The notes beneath the pieces were generated by a model that worked only from the letters and a program-made list of their open reading frames with translations, did no database searches and had not been told where the DNA came from. From contig DASVDT010000011.1 of the NCBI GenBank assembly GCA_036380955.1, forward strand, positions 1,985-65,984: 64,000 nt of DNA. Direction: 5' to 3'. The stretch is from Candidatus Limnocylindria bacterium. GTDB taxonomy: Bacteria; Chloroflexota; Limnocylindria; QHBO01. The position numbers were made by a program, and so were the translations under genes. Below are positions 60,513-64,000 of this stretch, piece by piece. The stretch's first letter is position 1. Each line of letters opens with the position of its first letter.

Positions 60513-62264
60513 ATGCCTCGACCACGGAGCGTGTCGCGCACTGACGACGCGGTCATCAGCAACGCCGAGCTCGCGCGGATCTTCAACGAGATCGGCGACA
60601 TGCTCGAGATCCTGGGCGAGGTGGTCTACAAGGCGGTTGCCTACCGTCGGGTCGCCGATGTCATCGAGCGCTATCCGGACGACGTGGCAGCGCTCTATCG
60701 ACGCGGCGAGCCGCCGAAGATCCCCGGCGCGGGCGCCGCACTGACGGCCAAGCTCGCCGAGCTGGCCGAGACCGGCCGGCTCGAGTACCACGAGCGGCTG
60801 CGCGCGCAGGTCCCCGACGGCCTGCTGGAGATCCTCCGAATCCCCGGCGTCGGTCCGAAGACCGTCCGCCTGCTCCAGATGGAGCTGGGCATCGATTCCG
60901 TGGAGGCGCTGCGCGCGGCGGCGGAGGAAGGACGCCTGCGGCAGGTCAAGGGGTTGTCGGAGCGGACCGAGGCGAACATCCTCGACGGCATCGCGCGGAT
61001 GGCTCGCGTCTACGACCGGATGCTGATTCATGACGCCGACTCGCTTGTGTCCGGGTTGATCGAGCGCCTCCGCGAGGCACGCGGCGTCCGGCGCATCGAG
61101 GTGGCCGGCTCGCTCCGCCGACGGCGGCCGACGATCGGCGACCTCGACCTGCTCGCCGCGGTCGACGACCCACCGGCGGTGATCGCCGCGCTCGACCAGC
61201 TGCGCGAGGTCGACAAGGTCGTCGCGGCCGGCACCGACAAGACGAGCATCCTGATGGCCGACGGCCCGCGCGTCGACCTGATGGTTTGCCCGCCGGAGGC
61301 GTGGGGCACGCACCTCGTCCACTTCACCGGCAGCAAGGAGCACAACATCGCGCTGCGCGGCATGGCCCTGGACCGCGGCTGGTCGCTGTCGGAGAAGGGC
61401 TTCAAGGTCATCGAGACCGGCGAGCTGCTGCTCGATGCGGAGGAGGCCGATGTGTACGAGCGGCTCGGCCTTCCCTGGATCCCGCCGGAGATTCGGGAGG
61501 GCGACGGCGAGATCGAGGCCGCGCTGTCCGGGACGCTGCCGAACCTGGTCGCCGCCGCCGACGTCCGCGGCGACACGCACACCCACTCGAACTGGACCGA
61601 TGGCGTCGACAGCATCGAGGTCATGGCGCGCGCGGCCCGAGGCCTCGGGCACGAGTACATCGTCCTGACCGATCACTCGCCGTCACTCGGCATCGCGCGC
61701 GGGCTCGTTCCCGAGCAGGTCGAGCAGCAGCGCGCCGAGATCGCTCGCCTGAACGGCGAGCTTGCGCCGTTCCGCATCCTGCACGGCACCGAGCTCGAGA
61801 TCCGCGCCGATGCAGCCCTGGACTATCCGGACGAGCTGCTCGCTCGGTTCGACCTCGTCATCGCCAGCATCCACACGGGGCGTGGCCAGTCGGCCGAGCA
61901 GCTGATGCGTCGCGCGCTGGCGGCCATCGAGAACCCGCACGTCGACGTCCTGGCCCATCCGTCCGGCCGGATCGTCAACCGTCGCGACCCCCTGCCGCTC
62001 GATTGGCCGCGCCTGTTCGATGCCGCCGCGGCGCACGGCACCGCACTCGAGATCAACGGCAGCCCGCGCCTCGACCTTGATGATTCCCTGGCGCGCGCCG
62101 CGGGCCGTGCCGGCGCGCGGCTGACACTCGCCTCGGATGCCCACCGCACCGAGGAGCTCGCGCAGCAGAGCCACGCCGTCGACCTGGCGCGCCGCGCCTG
62201 GCTGACCGCCGACCAGGTGCTCGTCACGCGCACGGCGGACGCGCTCCTGGAGCTCGTGCATTGA
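60513..62264 (+). CDS. polX: Family X DNA polymerase with C-terminal PHP domain
   Basis: HhH motifs (IPGAGAALTAKL, IPGVGPKTV), nucleotidyltransferase GDLDLL and PHP histidines (GDTHTHSNWTDG ... DAH). Confidence 0.9.
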   Translation: MPRPRSVSRTDDAVISNAELARIFNEIGDMLEILGEVVYKAVAYRRVADVIERYPDDVAALYRRGEPPKIPGAGAALTAKLAELAETGRLEYHERLRAQVPDGLLEILRIPGVGPKTVRLLQMELGIDSVEALRAAAEEGRLRQVKGLSERTEANILDGIARMARVYDRMLIHDADSLVSGLIERLREARGVRRIEVAGSLRRRRPTIGDLDLLAAVDDPPAVIAALDQLREVDKVVAAGTDKTSILMADGPRVDLMVCPPEAWGTHLVHFTGSKEHNIALRGMALDRGWSLSEKGFKVIETGELLLDAEEADVYERLGLPWIPPEIREGDGEIEAALSGTLPNLVAAADVRGDTHTHSNWTDGVDSIEVMARAARGLGHEYIVLTDHSPSLGIARGLVPEQVEQQRAEIARLNGELAPFRILHGTELEIRADAALDYPDELLARFDLVIASIHTGRGQSAEQLMRRALAAIENPHVDVLAHPSGRIVNRRDPLPLDWPRLFDAAAAHGTALEINGSPRLDLDDSLARAAGRAGARLTLASDAHRTEELAQQSHAVDLARRAWLTADQVLVTRTADALLELVH

Positions 62265-63037
62265 TCAACCGCCTCTTCGGGGATCGCCGCCGCCTCGCGC
62301 TGCTCCGTCGCATCGACAAGCCGGCCGCGCTGCTGCTGGCGGTGGTGCAGGCGATCATCGCCGCGGCCGGCTGGTTTGCCGATCCGCTGTGGCTGGCGGT
62401 CGCGATCGCCGGACAGCTGGCGGTCGGTGGGCTCGTCGCGATCTACGTGCTGGGTCCCGCGCGCTCGGACCTCGGCTTCGCCCGCTACGCCATGCCGCCG
62501 GTCGCCGGCATCGCCGCGACGGTATCGGGCCGGCTCATCCCTGGTGGTCTGAGCCTGCTGCTCGTGCCGATCGTCGCGGTCGTGCTGTGGTCGGTGACGT
62601 ACCTCGAGCTGCGGATGGAGCGCGGGAGCGGCGGAACGACCATCGGGTCGCTGCTCCAGACCTTCATCGTCTTCTCGGCGGCGGCCGGCCTCCTTGCCCT
62701 GTTCGGGGCGCAGGCGTGGCCGACGCCGCTCGTCGTGATCGGCGCGCTGGCGCTGCCGGTCGCGCTGCGCAGCGCGGAGGCCCGCGGCAAGCTGGGCGTC
62801 GAGGCGGTCGGCCAGGGGCTGCTCCAGGTGCTCGTCGTCCTCCAGGTCGGCGCCGCGGCGGTGCTCATGAGCATCCCGCTCCAGGTCATGGCGGCGCTCA
62901 TGGCACTCGCCTTCTACGCGTGGGGCGGTGCCGTCGATTCGCTGGAGGCAGGCGACTCGGGACGCGGCGTCGCCGTCGAATACGGGCCGCTGCTCCTGCT
63001 CGGGTTGGTCGTCGGATTGCTGTTGCACCAGGGCTGA
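62261..63037 (+). CDS. Hypothetical polytopic membrane protein
   Basis: About 7 hydrophobic helices. 4-nt TTGA overlap (TTG start) with the polX stop. No recognisable family. Confidence 0.6.
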   Translation: MINRLFGDRRRLALLRRIDKPAALLLAVVQAIIAAAGWFADPLWLAVAIAGQLAVGGLVAIYVLGPARSDLGFARYAMPPVAGIAATVSGRLIPGGLSLLLVPIVAVVLWSVTYLELRMERGSGGTTIGSLLQTFIVFSAAAGLLALFGAQAWPTPLVVIGALALPVALRSAEARGKLGVEAVGQGLLQVLVVLQVGAAAVLMSIPLQVMAALMALAFYAWGGAVDSLEAGDSGRGVAVEYGPLLLLGLVVGLLLHQG

Positions 63038-63078
63038 TTCCGGCTCGCGAGGACTCGCGTTGACACCCCTCATGGCCG

Positions 63079-63984
63079 GTGGTACAAGAGGGCGCTTTCG
63101 GCCGGGTTCGGCCGATCCCCCCACTGCATTCGGAGGCGCTCACAACGCTCATGGCGCTTGGAGAAGCCGATACCACCACCCGACAGCGTCGGCAGCTGGC
63201 CGATTCCGCCATCGCGCATGCCACGCGCGGTGAGTGGGAGGCCGCCGTCGACGCCAACCGCGAGCTCCTCGAGCTCGGCCCCGACATCGATGCCAGCAAC
63301 CGGCTGGGCAAGGCGCTGGCAGAGCTCGGCCGCCACGCCGAAGCGCTTGAGGCCTACGAGCAGGCGCTCGAGCGTGACGCGACCAACCGCATCGCACAGC
63401 GCAACGTGGAGCGGCTGCGCGTGCTGCTCGCGGCGGAGAAGCCAGCGAAGAACGGCAAGAGCCGAACGGGCAAGGCACCGGCCACCGTGTTCATCGAGGA
63501 GATGGGCAAGACCGGCCGCGCCCGGCTCGTCAACCTCGCCGCTCCGCGCGTGCTCGCGCCGCTCTCGCCGGGCGACGCGGTCGACCTCGCGGTCGAGGGT
63601 GACCATCTGACCGCCCGAGTCGGCGATGCCGTCATCGGCAGCGTCGAGCCGCGGATCGCGACCCGCCTTCTCAAGCTCATCGGCGACGGCAACCGCTACG
63701 AGGCGGCGATCACCACCATCCACGAGGCCGGCTCCGATCTCACCATCATCATCCGCGAGGTGTTCACGCACCCGGTGAACTTCGGGAAGGTCTCGTTCCC
63801 GACGCTCGGCGGCAGCAGCGGTGGCGTCAGACCGTACATGAAGGGCAGCGCGCTTCGCTACGATGACGAGGAAGAGGTGGAGGAGGCCGATGAGGACTCC
63901 GAGGAGGTCGAAGAGCTCGACACGACGCTCCCCGAGTACTCCGGTGAGCCCGACATCGAAGAGGAGCTGGTAGAAGAGCCATAG
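63079..63984 (+). CDS. TPR-repeat protein with acidic C-terminal tail
   Basis: TPR-like helices (WEAAVDANRELLELGPD ... ALAELGRHAEALEAYEQALERDA) and an Asp/Glu-rich tail. The true start may be the internal Met near 63151. Confidence 0.6.
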   Translation: MVQEGAFGRVRPIPPLHSEALTTLMALGEADTTTRQRRQLADSAIAHATRGEWEAAVDANRELLELGPDIDASNRLGKALAELGRHAEALEAYEQALERDATNRIAQRNVERLRVLLAAEKPAKNGKSRTGKAPATVFIEEMGKTGRARLVNLAAPRVLAPLSPGDAVDLAVEGDHLTARVGDAVIGSVEPRIATRLLKLIGDGNRYEAAITTIHEAGSDLTIIIREVFTHPVNFGKVSFPTLGGSSGGVRPYMKGSALRYDDEEEVEEADEDSEEVEELDTTLPEYSGEPDIEEELVEEP

Positions 63985-64000
63985 CGTGTGATGAGCGAGG

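Overview
This is a very GC-rich chromosomal segment (third codon positions almost all G/C; exact GC not computed). It reads as core genome of a high-GC Gram-positive organism, probably a deep-branching actinobacterium. That assignment is an inference from the actinobacterial-type aconitase insert, Ni-SOD plus SodX, a CGNR zinc-finger protein and a LAL-type LuxR regulator.

I support about 60 protein genes. Most are on the + strand, tightly packed, and many share 4-nt ATGA/GTGA/TTGA start-stop overlaps. In order:
- pgpH-like HD protein and ybeY
- FAD oxidoreductase, amt and a tiny ORF (minus strand)
- pth, mfd, acnA
- apt, a GNAT acetyltransferase, ahcY, a LAL regulator, metK
- a hypothetical protein and proC
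- a mannose-activation operon (manC-like, DUF374, phosphohexomutase, PGI/PMI)
- a SWIM protein and a membrane protein
- a cobalamin riboswitch with btuFCD-like genes
- a five-gene peptide ABC transporter
- an AI-2E transporter and trpS (minus strand)
- birA, an ECF sigma factor, a putative anti-sigma factor, then a contiguous acc/fab operon (accD, accA, BCCP-like, fabD, accC, fabZ, fabF, accB, fabH, fabG)
- sodN and sodX
- deoC, a DsbA-like protein, a second ECF sigma factor and ogt
- two aldehyde dehydrogenase paralogues, corA, a CGNR protein, two tiny ORFs, polX and two hypotheticals

I found no rRNA, tRNA, CRISPR array, transposase, integrase or recognisable defence gene. This is not an obvious accessory island, and I cannot point to a clear new multi-gene system.

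The observations most worth follow-up are:
1. A BCCP-like gene inside the acc/fab operon that lacks the biotinyl-lysine, which makes it BADC-like.
2. A ~145-nt hairpin-containing intergenic element present twice, with its 12-nt loop core inverted between the copies.
3. A regularly spaced TGTAAC-N20-GTTAC double repeat and promoter between the CGNR gene and two tiny ORFs.
4. An aldehyde dehydrogenase paralogue with the whole catalytic domain missing.
5. An ECF sigma factor translationally coupled to ogt.

All product calls rest on motif recognition by eye. No database search was run.
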